From Escherichia coli (lineage in GTDB: Bacteria > Pseudomonadota > Gammaproteobacteria > Enterobacterales > Enterobacteriaceae): 64,000 nt of DNA. The stretch lies in NCBI RefSeq assembly GCF_041886205.1, contig NZ_CP169029.1. One strand, given 5' to 3'. The notes below the pieces were generated by a model. The model saw nothing but the letters and a program-made list of their open reading frames with translations, had not been told where the DNA came from and did no database searches. Numbering within the stretch: the first letter of the stretch is position 1; every line of letters begins with the position of its first letter. Shown in pieces: positions 1-9,262 of the stretch. A program made the translations under genes and the position numbers.

Positions 1-674
1 GCACCCGAATTAACGTTAAGCTGACGGAAAAAGACGGCGAAGTGACCGACTTCAACTTCTCGGGTTTTGAAGTCACCCCCGCCGACTGGGAACGCTTTGT
101 GACTGATTCTCTGAGCTGGCTCGGTCAGTTCGATATGGTCTGTGTCAGCGGAAGCTTACCGTCAGGCGTCAGCCCGGAAGCGTTCACCGACTGGATGACT
201 CGCCTGCGTAGTCAGTGTCCTTGCATTATCTTTGATAGTAGCCGTGAAGCGTTAGTAGCAGGTTTGAAAGCGGCACCGTGGCTGGTGAAACCTAACCGCC
301 GCGAGCTGGAAATCTGGGCAGGCCGTAAACTGCCTGAAATGAAAGATGTGATTGAAGCTGCGCATGCGCTGCGTGAACAAGGTATTGCGCATGTCGTTAT
401 TTCACTGGGTGCCGAAGGCGCGCTTTGGGTTAATGCCTCCGGCGAATGGATCGCCAAACCACCGTCAGTCGATGTCGTAAGCACCGTTGGCGCAGGGGAT
501 TCTATGGTTGGTGGCCTGATTTATGGCTTGCTGATGCGTGAATCCAGTGAACACACACTGCGTCTGGCGACAGCTGTTGCAGCCCTGGCGGTAAGTCAAA
601 GCAATGTGGGTATTACCGATCGTCCGCAGTTGGCCGCAATGATGGCGCGCGTCGACTTACAACCTTTTAACTGA
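1..674 (+). CDS. fruK: 1-phosphofructokinase, 3' portion; the gene starts upstream of the window
   Basis: Reading frame is open from base 3 to the stop at 672-674 (…TRINVKLTEKDGEVTDFNF…); the ORF-track start at 42 is an internal GTG. PfkB-type C-terminus (GAGDSMVGG). fruA follows directly, as in the fruBKA operon. Confidence 0.9.
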   Translation, partial: TRINVKLTEKDGEVTDFNFSGFEVTPADWERFVTDSLSWLGQFDMVCVSGSLPSGVSPEAFTDWMTRLRSQCPCIIFDSSREALVAGLKAAPWLVKPNRRELEIWAGRKLPEMKDVIEAAHALREQGIAHVVISLGAEGALWVNASGEWIAKPPSVDVVSTVGAGDSMVGGLIYGLLMRESSEHTLRLATAVAALAVSQSNVGITDRPQLAAMMARVDLQPFN

Positions 675-690
675 CAGCAGGAGAGGCATA

Positions 691-2382
691 ATGAAAACGC
701 TGCTGATTATTGACGCTAATCTCGGTCAGGCACGCGCCTATATGGCGAAGACCCTGCTGGGCGCGGCGGCGCGAAAAGCAAAACTGGAAATCATCGACAA
801 TCCGAACGACGCAGAAATGGCGATTGTTCTCGGTGATTCCATCCCGAATGACAGCGCGCTGAACGGTAAAAATGTCTGGCTGGGCGATATTTCCCGGGCA
901 GTTGCGCACCCTGAGCTGTTCCTGAGTGAAGCCAAAGGCCATGCGAAACCTTACACTGCGCCGGTCGCTGCGACAGCACCGGTTGCCGCCAGCGGTCCGA
1001 AACGCGTAGTTGCGGTGACTGCTTGCCCGACTGGCGTAGCACACACCTTTATGGCGGCTGAAGCCATTGAAACCGAAGCGAAAAAACGTGGCTGGTGGGT
1101 GAAAGTTGAAACCCGTGGTTCTGTTGGTGCGGGTAATGCAATCACCCCCGAAGAAGTAGCCGCAGCGGATCTGGTGATTGTGGCGGCAGATATCGAAGTG
1201 GATCTGGCGAAATTTGCTGGTAAACCGATGTATCGTACCTCTACCGGTCTGGCGCTGAAGAAAACCGCGCAGGAACTGGATAAAGCGGTTGCTGAAGCAA
1301 CGCCGTATGAACCGGCGGGCAAAGCTCAAACGGCGACCTCTGAAGGTAAGAAAGAGAGTGCAGGCGCATACCGTCACTTGCTGACGGGCGTCTCTTACAT
1401 GCTGCCGATGGTCGTTGCAGGTGGTCTGTGTATCGCGCTTTCTTTTGCTTTTGGTATCGAAGCGTTTAAAGAGCCGGGTACGTTGGCAGCGGCGCTGATG
1501 CAGATTGGTGGTGGTTCAGCCTTTGCGCTGATGGTGCCGGTACTGGCAGGTTACATTGCCTTCTCCATTGCCGATCGTCCGGGTCTCACGCCGGGTCTGA
1601 TTGGCGGTATGCTGGCGGTCAGCACCGGTTCTGGCTTCATTGGCGGTATTATTGCGGGCTTCCTGGCTGGTTACATTGCGAAGTTAATCAGTACGCAACT
1701 GAAACTGCCACAGAGTATGGAGGCGCTGAAACCAATCCTGATCATTCCGCTAATTTCCAGTCTGGTGGTCGGTCTGGCGATGATCTACCTGATCGGTAAA
1801 CCGGTTGCTGGCATTCTCGAAGGGCTGACTCACTGGCTGCAGACCATGGGGACTGCGAATGCGGTTCTGCTGGGGGCGATCCTCGGTGGCATGATGTGTA
1901 CTGACATGGGCGGTCCGGTAAACAAAGCAGCGTACGCATTCGGTGTGGGTCTGCTGAGTACTCAAACCTATGGCCCGATGGCGGCGATTATGGCGGCAGG
2001 TATGGTGCCACCGCTGGCAATGGGTCTGGCAACAATGGTGGCGCGTCGCAAATTCGACAAAGCGCAGCAGGAAGGTGGCAAAGCCGCTCTGGTATTGGGA
2101 CTGTGCTTCATTTCGGAAGGTGCAATTCCGTTTGCTGCTCGTGATCCGATGCGTGTGCTGCCGTGCTGTATCGTGGGTGGTGCGCTGACTGGCGCAATCT
2201 CAATGGCGATTGGTGCGAAACTGATGGCACCACACGGTGGTCTGTTTGTTCTGCTGATCCCTGGCGCTATTACGCCGGTACTGGGTTACCTGGTAGCAAT
2301 TATTGCCGGTACGCTGGTGGCGGGTTTGGCCTATGCCTTCCTGAAACGTCCGGAAGTGGACGCAGTAGCGAAAGCAGCGTAA
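691..2382 (+). CDS. fruA: PTS fructose-specific EIIB'BC component
   Basis: 563-aa ORF starting MKTLLIIDANLGQARAYMAK with a polytopic membrane C-domain; sits directly downstream of fruK. Confidence 0.95.
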   Translation: MKTLLIIDANLGQARAYMAKTLLGAAARKAKLEIIDNPNDAEMAIVLGDSIPNDSALNGKNVWLGDISRAVAHPELFLSEAKGHAKPYTAPVAATAPVAASGPKRVVAVTACPTGVAHTFMAAEAIETEAKKRGWWVKVETRGSVGAGNAITPEEVAAADLVIVAADIEVDLAKFAGKPMYRTSTGLALKKTAQELDKAVAEATPYEPAGKAQTATSEGKKESAGAYRHLLTGVSYMLPMVVAGGLCIALSFAFGIEAFKEPGTLAAALMQIGGGSAFALMVPVLAGYIAFSIADRPGLTPGLIGGMLAVSTGSGFIGGIIAGFLAGYIAKLISTQLKLPQSMEALKPILIIPLISSLVVGLAMIYLIGKPVAGILEGLTHWLQTMGTANAVLLGAILGGMMCTDMGGPVNKAAYAFGVGLLSTQTYGPMAAIMAAGMVPPLAMGLATMVARRKFDKAQQEGGKAALVLGLCFISEGAIPFAARDPMRVLPCCIVGGALTGAISMAIGAKLMAPHGGLFVLLIPGAITPVLGYLVAIIAGTLVAGLAYAFLKRPEVDAVAKAA

Positions 2383-2395
2383 TAAAAGGTGTGTT

Positions 2396-2420
2396 ACAGG
2401 GCAGAAATTTCCTGCCCTGT
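2396..2420 (+). terminator. 9-bp perfect stem-loop just after the fruA stop; no T-tract follows
   Basis: acagggcag-aaatttc-ctgccctgt read directly from the sequence. Confidence 0.35.
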
Positions 2421-2539
2421 ATCATTGGATGAGCGCAAAGGGAATGACCAGCTTGTGAATGTAATTTTATGAATTTAAATGGTTTTATCTTTCAGTAGAA
2501 ACTTGAAACGTTCATCAAACACTAAGGTTATTTCCTCAA

Positions 2540-2568
2540 GGGCAGATTATTTTCTGCCCTTTTTTATT
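2540..2568 (+). terminator. Rho-independent terminator candidate downstream of fruA
   Basis: gggcaga-ttattt-tctgccc stem-loop followed by tttttatt. Confidence 0.6.
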
Positions 2569-2805
2569 GTTCCTGTTCTGTGCATCCCGTCACAAATTCC
2601 TCGCTTTTGTAATTCAGGCATTTAATCGCATTTTGTGAGCCTGCTCAAATCTGCCCATTTAGCCTCTCTGGCGGTAATTTACTTTACGTAAAACATGCAT
2701 ACTATGAGCACATGTTTAAATATGAACACATGTTTAAACCGTCTTTGCAGTATCTATATTCTTGTGGATTGACAGGGTTGGTAATTTTTTACCAGAGGAC
2801 GTGCT

Positions 2806-3747
2806 ATGCGCGAAAAGGATTATGTCGTCATTATAGGCTCGGCGAATATTGATGTCGCCGGATATTCACATGAATCATTAAATTATGCGGATTCAAATCC
2901 AGGTAAAATAAAATTTACGCCTGGTGGAGTCGGGCGCAATATTGCACAAAACCTGGCGTTGCTGGGGAACAAAGCCTGGCTACTGAGCGCCGTAGGCAGT
3001 GACTTTTATGGTCAATCGCTGCTAACGCAAACCAATCAATCTGGCGTTTATGTCGATAAATGCCTGATTGTGCCGGGAGAAAATACGTCTAGTTATTTAT
3101 CATTACTCGATAATACCGGTGAAATGCTGGTTGCTATAAATGACATGAATATTAGCAACGCTATTACAGCTGAATATCTCGCACAGCACCGTGAATTTAT
3201 TCAGAGGGCAAAGGTCATTGTCGCGGACTGTAATATCAGTGAAGAGGCACTGGCATGGATTCTGGATAATGCCGCCAACGTACCCGTATTTGTCGATCCG
3301 GTTTCCGCATGGAAATGTGTCAAAGTGCGCGACCGTCTAAATCAGATCCACACTCTCAAGCCAAACCGCCTTGAAGCGGAAACCCTGAGTGGGATTGCGC
3401 TGTCAGGGCGTGACGATGTGGCAAAAGTTGCTGCCTGGTTCCATCAACATGGCCTGAACCGACTGGTATTGAGCATGGGCGGCGACGGCGTTTATTACAG
3501 CGATATCAGCGGTGAAAATGGCTGGTCTGCGCCGATCAAAACCAATGTTATTAATGTTACCGGAGCGGGCGATGCCATGATGGCGGGACTTGCTTCGTGT
3601 TGGGTAGACGGAATGCCGTTTGCCGAATCTGTTCGTTTCGCACAGGGATGTTCGTCAATGGCGCTCTCCTGTGAATACACCAATAACCCCGATTTATCGA
3701 TTGCCAACGTTATATCGTTAGTGGAGAACGCAGAATGTCTGAATTAA
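2806..3747 (+). CDS. psuK: Pseudouridine kinase (PfkB family)
   Basis: 313-aa ORF starting MREKDYVVIIGSANIDV, with ribokinase-like GG and GAGD motifs; overlaps psuG by 13 nt. Confidence 0.9.
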   Translation: MREKDYVVIIGSANIDVAGYSHESLNYADSNPGKIKFTPGGVGRNIAQNLALLGNKAWLLSAVGSDFYGQSLLTQTNQSGVYVDKCLIVPGENTSSYLSLLDNTGEMLVAINDMNISNAITAEYLAQHREFIQRAKVIVADCNISEEALAWILDNAANVPVFVDPVSAWKCVKVRDRLNQIHTLKPNRLEAETLSGIALSGRDDVAKVAAWFHQHGLNRLVLSMGGDGVYYSDISGENGWSAPIKTNVINVTGAGDAMMAGLASCWVDGMPFAESVRFAQGCSSMALSCEYTNNPDLSIANVISLVENAECLN

Positions 3748-4673
3748 AAATTTCCCCTGAATTATTACAAATTTCCCCGGAAGTGCAGGACGCTTTAAAA
3801 AACAAAAAACCGGTTGTGGCGCTGGAATCGACCATTATTTCTCACGGGATGCCGTTCCCACAAAATGCCCAGACCGCAATTGAAGTAGAAGAAACTATTC
3901 GTAAACAGGGCGCTGTACCTGCCACTATCGCCATTATTGGCGGCGTGATGAAAGTGGGTTTAAGCAAAGAAGAAATTGAATTACTGGGTCGTGAAGGGCA
4001 TAACGTGACCAAAGTTAGTCGTCGCGATTTACCTTTTGTTGTTGCCGCCGGAAAAAATGGCGCAACCACTGTGGCTTCAACGATGATTATTGCGGCGCTT
4101 GCCGGAATTAAAGTATTTGCCACCGGGGGAATTGGTGGTGTGTATCGCGGGGCGGAACATACCTTCGATATTTCTGCCGATTTGCAAGAACTGGCAAATA
4201 CTAATGTCACCGTTGTTTGTGCCGGGGCGAAATCTATTCTCGATTTAGGATTAACCACTGAGTATTTAGAAACCTTCGGTGTGCCGTTAATTGGCTATCA
4301 GACTAAAGCGCTGCCTGCGTTTTTCTGCCGTACCAGCTCGTTTGACGTCAGCATTCGTCTCGACAGCGCCAGTGAAATTGCCCGTGCAATGGCGGTGAAA
4401 TGGCAAAGCGGGCTGAACGGTGGCCTCGTGGTAGCGAACCCGATCCCGGAACAGTTTGCGATGCCGGAGGAATCTATCAATGCAGCCATAGATCAAGCCG
4501 TCGCCGAAGCCGAAGAGCAGGGCGTTATTGGTAAAGAAAGTACACCGTTCCTGCTGGCGCGCGTTGCTGAACTGACCGGCGGTGACAGCCTGAAATCCAA
4601 TATCCAGCTGGTGTTCAACAACGCCATTCTGGCGAGTGAAATTGCCAAAGAATACCAGCGTCTCGCGGGTTAA
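3735..4673 (+). CDS. psuG: Pseudouridine-5'-phosphate glycosidase
   Basis: 312-aa ORF starting MSELKISPELLQISPEVQDALKN; translationally coupled to psuK. Confidence 0.9.
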   Translation: MSELKISPELLQISPEVQDALKNKKPVVALESTIISHGMPFPQNAQTAIEVEETIRKQGAVPATIAIIGGVMKVGLSKEEIELLGREGHNVTKVSRRDLPFVVAAGKNGATTVASTMIIAALAGIKVFATGGIGGVYRGAEHTFDISADLQELANTNVTVVCAGAKSILDLGLTTEYLETFGVPLIGYQTKALPAFFCRTSSFDVSIRLDSASEIARAMAVKWQSGLNGGLVVANPIPEQFAMPEESINAAIDQAVAEAEEQGVIGKESTPFLLARVAELTGGDSLKSNIQLVFNNAILASEIAKEYQRLAG

Positions 4674-4766
4674 TTTCTGACGGGCAGAAAGCCGTCGCCC
4701 GTACTCATCAAACATACCAAAACCTGGCGCTGACGCCGGGTTTACTGGCATGAAGGGAAAATCATT

Positions 4767-6017
4767 ATGGACATAATGAGAAGTGTTGTGGGGATGGTGG
4801 TGTTACTGGCAATAGCATTTCTGTTGTCAGTGAATAAAAAGAGCATCAGTTTGCGTACGGTTGGAGCCGCACTGCTGCTGCAAATCGCTATTGGTGGCAT
4901 CATGCTCTACTTCCCACCGGGAAAATGGGCAGTAGAACAGGCGGCATTAGGCGTTCATAAAGTGATGTCTTACAGTGATGCCGGTAGCGCCTTCATTTTT
5001 GGTTCGCTGGTTGGGCCGAAAATGGATGTCCTGTTTGACGGTGCGGGTTTTATCTTCGTCTTTCGCGTACTTCCGGCGATTATTTTCGTTACTGCGCTCA
5101 TCAGTCTGCTGTACTACATTGGCGTGATGGGGCTGCTGATTCGCATCCTTGGCAGCATTTTCCAGAAAGCTCTTAACATCAGCAAAATCGAATCTTTTGT
5201 CGCAGTCACAACTATTTTCCTCGGGCAAAATGAGATCCCGGCGATCGTTAAACCGTTTATCGATCGCATGAATCGCAACGAGTTGTTTACCGCAATTTGT
5301 AGCGGGATGGCGTCCATTGCTGGTTCGATGATGATTGGTTATGCCGGAATGGGCGTACCAATTGACTACCTGTTAGCGGCATCGCTGATGGCGATCCCAG
5401 GTGGTATTTTGTTTGCACGTATTCTTAGCCCGGCCACCGAGCCTTCGCAGGTCACATTTGAAAATCTGTCGTTCAGCGAAACGCCGCCAAAAAGCTTTAT
5501 CGAAGCGGCGGCGAGCGGTGCGATGACCGGGCTGAAAATCGCCGCTGGTGTAGCGACGGTGGTAATGGCGTTTGTCGCAATTATTGCGCTGATCAACGGC
5601 ATTATCGGCGGAATTGGTGGCTGGTTTGGTTTCGCCAATGCCTCTCTGGAAAGTATTTTTGGCTATGTGCTGGCACCGCTGGCGTGGATCATGGGTGTGG
5701 ACTGGAGTGATGCCAATCTTGCGGGTAGCCTGATTGGGCAGAAACTGGCGATTAACGAATTCGTCGCTTACCTGAGTTTCTCCCCATACCTGCAAACGGG
5801 CGGCACGCTGGAAGTGAAAACCATTGCGATTATCTCCTTTGCGCTTTGTGGTTTTGCTAACTTTGGTTCTATCGGTGTTGTCGTTGGCGCATTTTCGGCT
5901 ATTTCGCCAAAACGTGCTCCAGAAATCGCCCAGCTTGGTTTACGGGCGCTGGCAGCAGCAACGCTTTCCAACCTGATGAGTGCGACTATTGCCGGGTTCT
6001 TTATTGGTCTGGCGTAA
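4767..6017 (+). CDS. psuT: NupC-family nucleoside transporter (YeiM/PsuT)
   Basis: 416-aa polytopic membrane ORF; close paralog of the nupX ORF at 7957-9207. Confidence 0.9.
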   Translation: MDIMRSVVGMVVLLAIAFLLSVNKKSISLRTVGAALLLQIAIGGIMLYFPPGKWAVEQAALGVHKVMSYSDAGSAFIFGSLVGPKMDVLFDGAGFIFVFRVLPAIIFVTALISLLYYIGVMGLLIRILGSIFQKALNISKIESFVAVTTIFLGQNEIPAIVKPFIDRMNRNELFTAICSGMASIAGSMMIGYAGMGVPIDYLLAASLMAIPGGILFARILSPATEPSQVTFENLSFSETPPKSFIEAAASGAMTGLKIAAGVATVVMAFVAIIALINGIIGGIGGWFGFANASLESIFGYVLAPLAWIMGVDWSDANLAGSLIGQKLAINEFVAYLSFSPYLQTGGTLEVKTIAIISFALCGFANFGSIGVVVGAFSAISPKRAPEIAQLGLRALAAATLSNLMSATIAGFFIGLA

Positions 6018-6027
6018 TGCTCGATTT

Positions 6028-6066
6028 GTAGACCGGATAAAACGTATTAAGCGTTGCATCCGGCAA
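6028..6066. repeat. REP (palindromic unit) element
   Basis: gtagaccggataaaacg…gcgttgcatccggca; matches the ccggat / atccgg inverted core of E. coli REP. Confidence 0.6.
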
Positions 6067-6087
6067 TCGCGCTATTGCAAATAATTT

Positions 6088-6747
6088 TTACTGCATCATC
6101 CCGGAGAATTTATTCTCCGGGTCCATCTCCAGCGCCAGTCCTGACAACTGCTTTCTGTTTTTAATGAGATACCCTTTCTTGCTTTTAGTTAATAAACCGT
6201 CGTGAATGAATTGCGCGAGAACATATAAAAGATGTCGATAAGAAACGCCTAAATACTCTGCCGCTTGCGTATGCTTTTCGTGATAAAGATCACCTTCCTG
6301 CGAGAGTAATATAAAAGCTGCCAGGCGATTAACTAACGGAAATGATTGATTCTGAGTTAAAGAAACAATATTACGATAATTTTTATGACTTAAGGTGACG
6401 CAGAGTTTTCGTAAAAATAGCGTGTCGTTTAATAACAGCGGGCGGTAATGTTTCATAGAGAGCGCAAGGCACCAACACTCTTCAATAGCCTGCACCGCAC
6501 GCGGTTCATGGTCTTTGTCGATTAACTCAATCTCACCAATAAAACAGGGGGCGGCAAAGAAATCGATCAGCGACACGCGACCATTAGCAAGCGTGGCGTA
6601 AAGCCTGGCGCGGCCTCGCGTCAGATAAAACAGCCAGGACGGCTGTTGCCCTTCCTGCACAATGTAGTCACGCGCTAAAAAATGAAACAGCCGCGTATCG
6701 GCTGAAACATCCGTTAAAAAGCAATCCTTAAACGCGGATTCACTCAT
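6088..6747 (-). CDS. yeiL: CRP/FNR-family transcriptional regulator YeiL
   Basis: ORF has a cNMP-binding-like N-domain and C-terminal HTH. Start placed at the internal Met ([10 protein letters not shown]…) to give 219 aa; the ORF track extends to 6786. Confidence 0.8.
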   Translation of the reverse strand: MSESAFKDCFLTDVSADTRLFHFLARDYIVQEGQQPSWLFYLTRGRARLYATLANGRVSLIDFFAAPCFIGEIELIDKDHEPRAVQAIEECWCLALSMKHYRPLLLNDTLFLRKLCVTLSHKNYRNIVSLTQNQSFPLVNRLAAFILLSQEGDLYHEKHTQAAEYLGVSYRHLLYVLAQFIHDGLLTKSKKGYLIKNRKQLSGLALEMDPENKFSGMMQ

Positions 6748-6800
6748 CAATTGCTGCTTAAGATCATTATTGTGGATTTCTTTCACGATGTTTATCCGCT

Positions 6801-6814
6801 ATGAGATTTCTCAT
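6801..6814. promoter_or_regulatory. 14-bp palindrome ATGAG-N4-CTCAT upstream of yeiL; candidate CRP/FNR-family (FNR or YeiL) site
   Basis: atgagatttctcat read directly; TGA-N6-TCA core geometry is typical of CRP/FNR-family sites. Confidence 0.4.
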
Positions 6815-6915
6815 ATTTAGCATACGTACGCGGTTGGTAAGATTCAATCATCGGCCCGGTCGAATTTTCTTTGCTGTAGAAAAAATAACGCAACTGGAAA
6901 CAGAGGAAATAAACA

Positions 6916-7857
6916 ATGGAAAAGAGAAAAATTATTCTGGATTGTGATCCGGGTCATGATGATGCTATTGCAATGATGATGGCAGCGAAACATCCGGCAA
7001 TAGATTTATTAGGCATCACTATTGTAGCGGGTAATCAGACGCTTGATAAAACATTAATTAATGGCCTGAATGTTTGCCAGAAACTGGAGATTAATGTTCC
7101 GGTTTATGCGGGGATGCCGCAACCCATTATGCGTAAACAAATCGTTGCCGATAATATTCACGGTGAAACCGGACTGGATGGCCCGGTATTCGAGCCGCTG
7201 ACCTGCCAGGCAGAAAGTACCCACGCGGTGAAATACATCATTGATACCCTGATGGCAAGCGATGGCGATATCACTCTGGTGCCGGTTGGTCCGCTTTCAA
7301 ATATCGCGGTGGCAATGCGTATGCAACCCGCGATCCTGCCCAAAATCCGTGAAATTGTGCTAATGGGCGGCGCTTACGGTACAGGCAACTTCACGCCATC
7401 TGCCGAGTTCAACATCTTTGCTGATCCGGAAGCAGCCCGCGTGGTGTTCACCTCCGGCGTTCCATTAGTGATGATGGGCCTCGATCTCACCAACCAGACC
7501 GTTTGCACCCCGGACGTGATTGCACGGATGGAAAGGGCAGGCGGCCCTGCCGGAGAGCTGTTCAGCGACATCATGAACTTCACTCTCAAAACGCAGTTCG
7601 AAAACTACGGCCTGGCTGGCGGCCCGGTGCACGACGCCACCTGCATCGGTTATCTGATTAACCCTGATGGCATTAAAACCCAGGAGATGTACGTCGAAGT
7701 GGACGTCAACAGTGGCCCTTGCTATGGGCGTACCGTCTGCGACGAGCTGGGCGTTCTTGGCAAGCCCGCTAATACCAAAGTCGGCATCACTATTGATACC
7801 GACTGGTTCTGGGGCTTAGTCGAAGAGTGCGTGCGCGGCTACATCAAAACCCATTAA
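6916..7857 (+). CDS. rihB: Pyrimidine-specific ribonucleoside hydrolase RihB
   Basis: 313-aa ORF with the N-terminal DCDPGHDDA aspartate-cluster motif of IU-nucleoside hydrolases. Confidence 0.9.
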   Translation: MEKRKIILDCDPGHDDAIAMMMAAKHPAIDLLGITIVAGNQTLDKTLINGLNVCQKLEINVPVYAGMPQPIMRKQIVADNIHGETGLDGPVFEPLTCQAESTHAVKYIIDTLMASDGDITLVPVGPLSNIAVAMRMQPAILPKIREIVLMGGAYGTGNFTPSAEFNIFADPEAARVVFTSGVPLVMMGLDLTNQTVCTPDVIARMERAGGPAGELFSDIMNFTLKTQFENYGLAGGPVHDATCIGYLINPDGIKTQEMYVEVDVNSGPCYGRTVCDELGVLGKPANTKVGITIDTDWFWGLVEECVRGYIKTH

Positions 7858-7956
7858 GTGTTGATAACAAGCCGGGTCAGTATCGCAAGATCCAAGCCCG
7901 GCTATTTCTGATGGGCAGAAAGCCGTCGCCCAATATGACATGAAGAGATAATAACT

Positions 7957-9207
7957 ATGGATGTCATGAGAAGTGTTCTGGGAATGGTGGTATTGCTGAC
8001 GATTGCGTTTTTGCTGTCAGTAAACAAGAAGAAGATCAGCCTGCGTACCGTTGGCGCGGCGTTAGTGTTACAGGTCGTGATTGGCGGGATTATGCTTTGG
8101 TTACCGCCAGGGCGTTGGGTCGCTGAAAAAGTCGCTTTTGGCGTGCATAAAGTGATGGCGTACAGCGACGCGGGTAGCGCATTTATCTTCGGTTCGCTGG
8201 TCGGGCCGAAAATGGACACGCTGTTTGATGGTGCAGGATTTATCTTTGGTTTCAGGGTATTACCGGCAATTATCTTCGTCACTGCACTGGTGAGTATTCT
8301 CTACTACATCGGTGTGATGGGGATTTTAATTCGCATTCTCGGCGGTATATTCCAGAAAGCATTAAATATCAGCAAGATTGAGTCATTCGTCGCGGTCACC
8401 ACCATTTTCCTCGGGCAAAACGAAATTCCGGCGATCGTCAAACCCTTTATCGATCGTCTGAATCGCAATGAATTATTTACAGCGATTTGTAGTGGCATGG
8501 CCTCGATTGCTGGTTCGACAATGATTGGTTACGCCGCCCTGGGCGTACCTGTGGAATATTTGCTGGCGGCATCGTTAATGGCGATCCCAGGCGGGATCTT
8601 GTTTGCCCGCCTGTTAAGCCCGGCTACGGAATCTTCGCAGGTTTCCTTTAATAACCTCTCTTTCACCGAAACACCGCCAAAAAGCATTATTGAAGCCGCT
8701 GCGACAGGGGCAATGACCGGGCTGAAAATCGCCGCCGGTGTAGCGACAGTTGTTATGGCATTTGTCGCCATCATTGCGTTAATTAATGGTATTATCGGCG
8801 GCGTTGGCGGCTGGTTTGGTTTTGCACATGCCTCGCTGGAGTCCATTTTAGGTTACCTGTTGGCCCCATTGGCGTGGGTGATGGGGGGTGACTGGAGTGA
8901 TGCAAATCTTGCCGGGAGTTTGATTGGGCAGAAGCTGGCGATCAATGAATTTGTCGCTTATCTCAATTTCTCGCCATATCTGCAAACGGGTGGCACTCTG
9001 GATGCTAAAACCGTGGCGATTATTTCTTTCGCGTTGTGCGGTTTCGCTAACTTTGGTTCTATCGGGGTGGTGGTGGGGGCGTTTTCTGCGGTTGCGCCAC
9101 ACCGTGCGCCGGAAATCGCCCAACTTGGTTTACGCGCGCTGGCGGCGGCGACACTTTCTAACCTGATGAGTGCTACTATTGCAGGATTCTTTATTGGTTT
9201 AGCGTAG
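7957..9207 (+). CDS. nupX: NupC-family nucleoside transporter NupX
   Basis: 416-aa ORF, about 85-90% identical to PsuT by eye across the whole length. Confidence 0.9.
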   Translation: MDVMRSVLGMVVLLTIAFLLSVNKKKISLRTVGAALVLQVVIGGIMLWLPPGRWVAEKVAFGVHKVMAYSDAGSAFIFGSLVGPKMDTLFDGAGFIFGFRVLPAIIFVTALVSILYYIGVMGILIRILGGIFQKALNISKIESFVAVTTIFLGQNEIPAIVKPFIDRLNRNELFTAICSGMASIAGSTMIGYAALGVPVEYLLAASLMAIPGGILFARLLSPATESSQVSFNNLSFTETPPKSIIEAAATGAMTGLKIAAGVATVVMAFVAIIALINGIIGGVGGWFGFAHASLESILGYLLAPLAWVMGGDWSDANLAGSLIGQKLAINEFVAYLNFSPYLQTGGTLDAKTVAIISFALCGFANFGSIGVVVGAFSAVAPHRAPEIAQLGLRALAAATLSNLMSATIAGFFIGLA

Positions 9208-9218
9208 TGCGCAATTTA

Positions 9219-9257
9219 TGAGCCGGATAAGATGCGGTCAAGCGTCGAATCCGGCAA
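9219..9257. repeat. REP element
   Basis: tgagccggataagatgcggtcaagcgtcgaatccggcaa. Confidence 0.55.
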
Positions 9258-9262
9258 CATTG

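Noticed and set aside
667-1377. 236-aa minus-strand ORF, plus several 60-125 aa ORFs, lying inside fruA
   Set aside because: Fully embedded antisense in a well-supported gene, with low-complexity Arg/Cys-rich translation and no ribosome-binding site; typical of GC-rich antisense frames.
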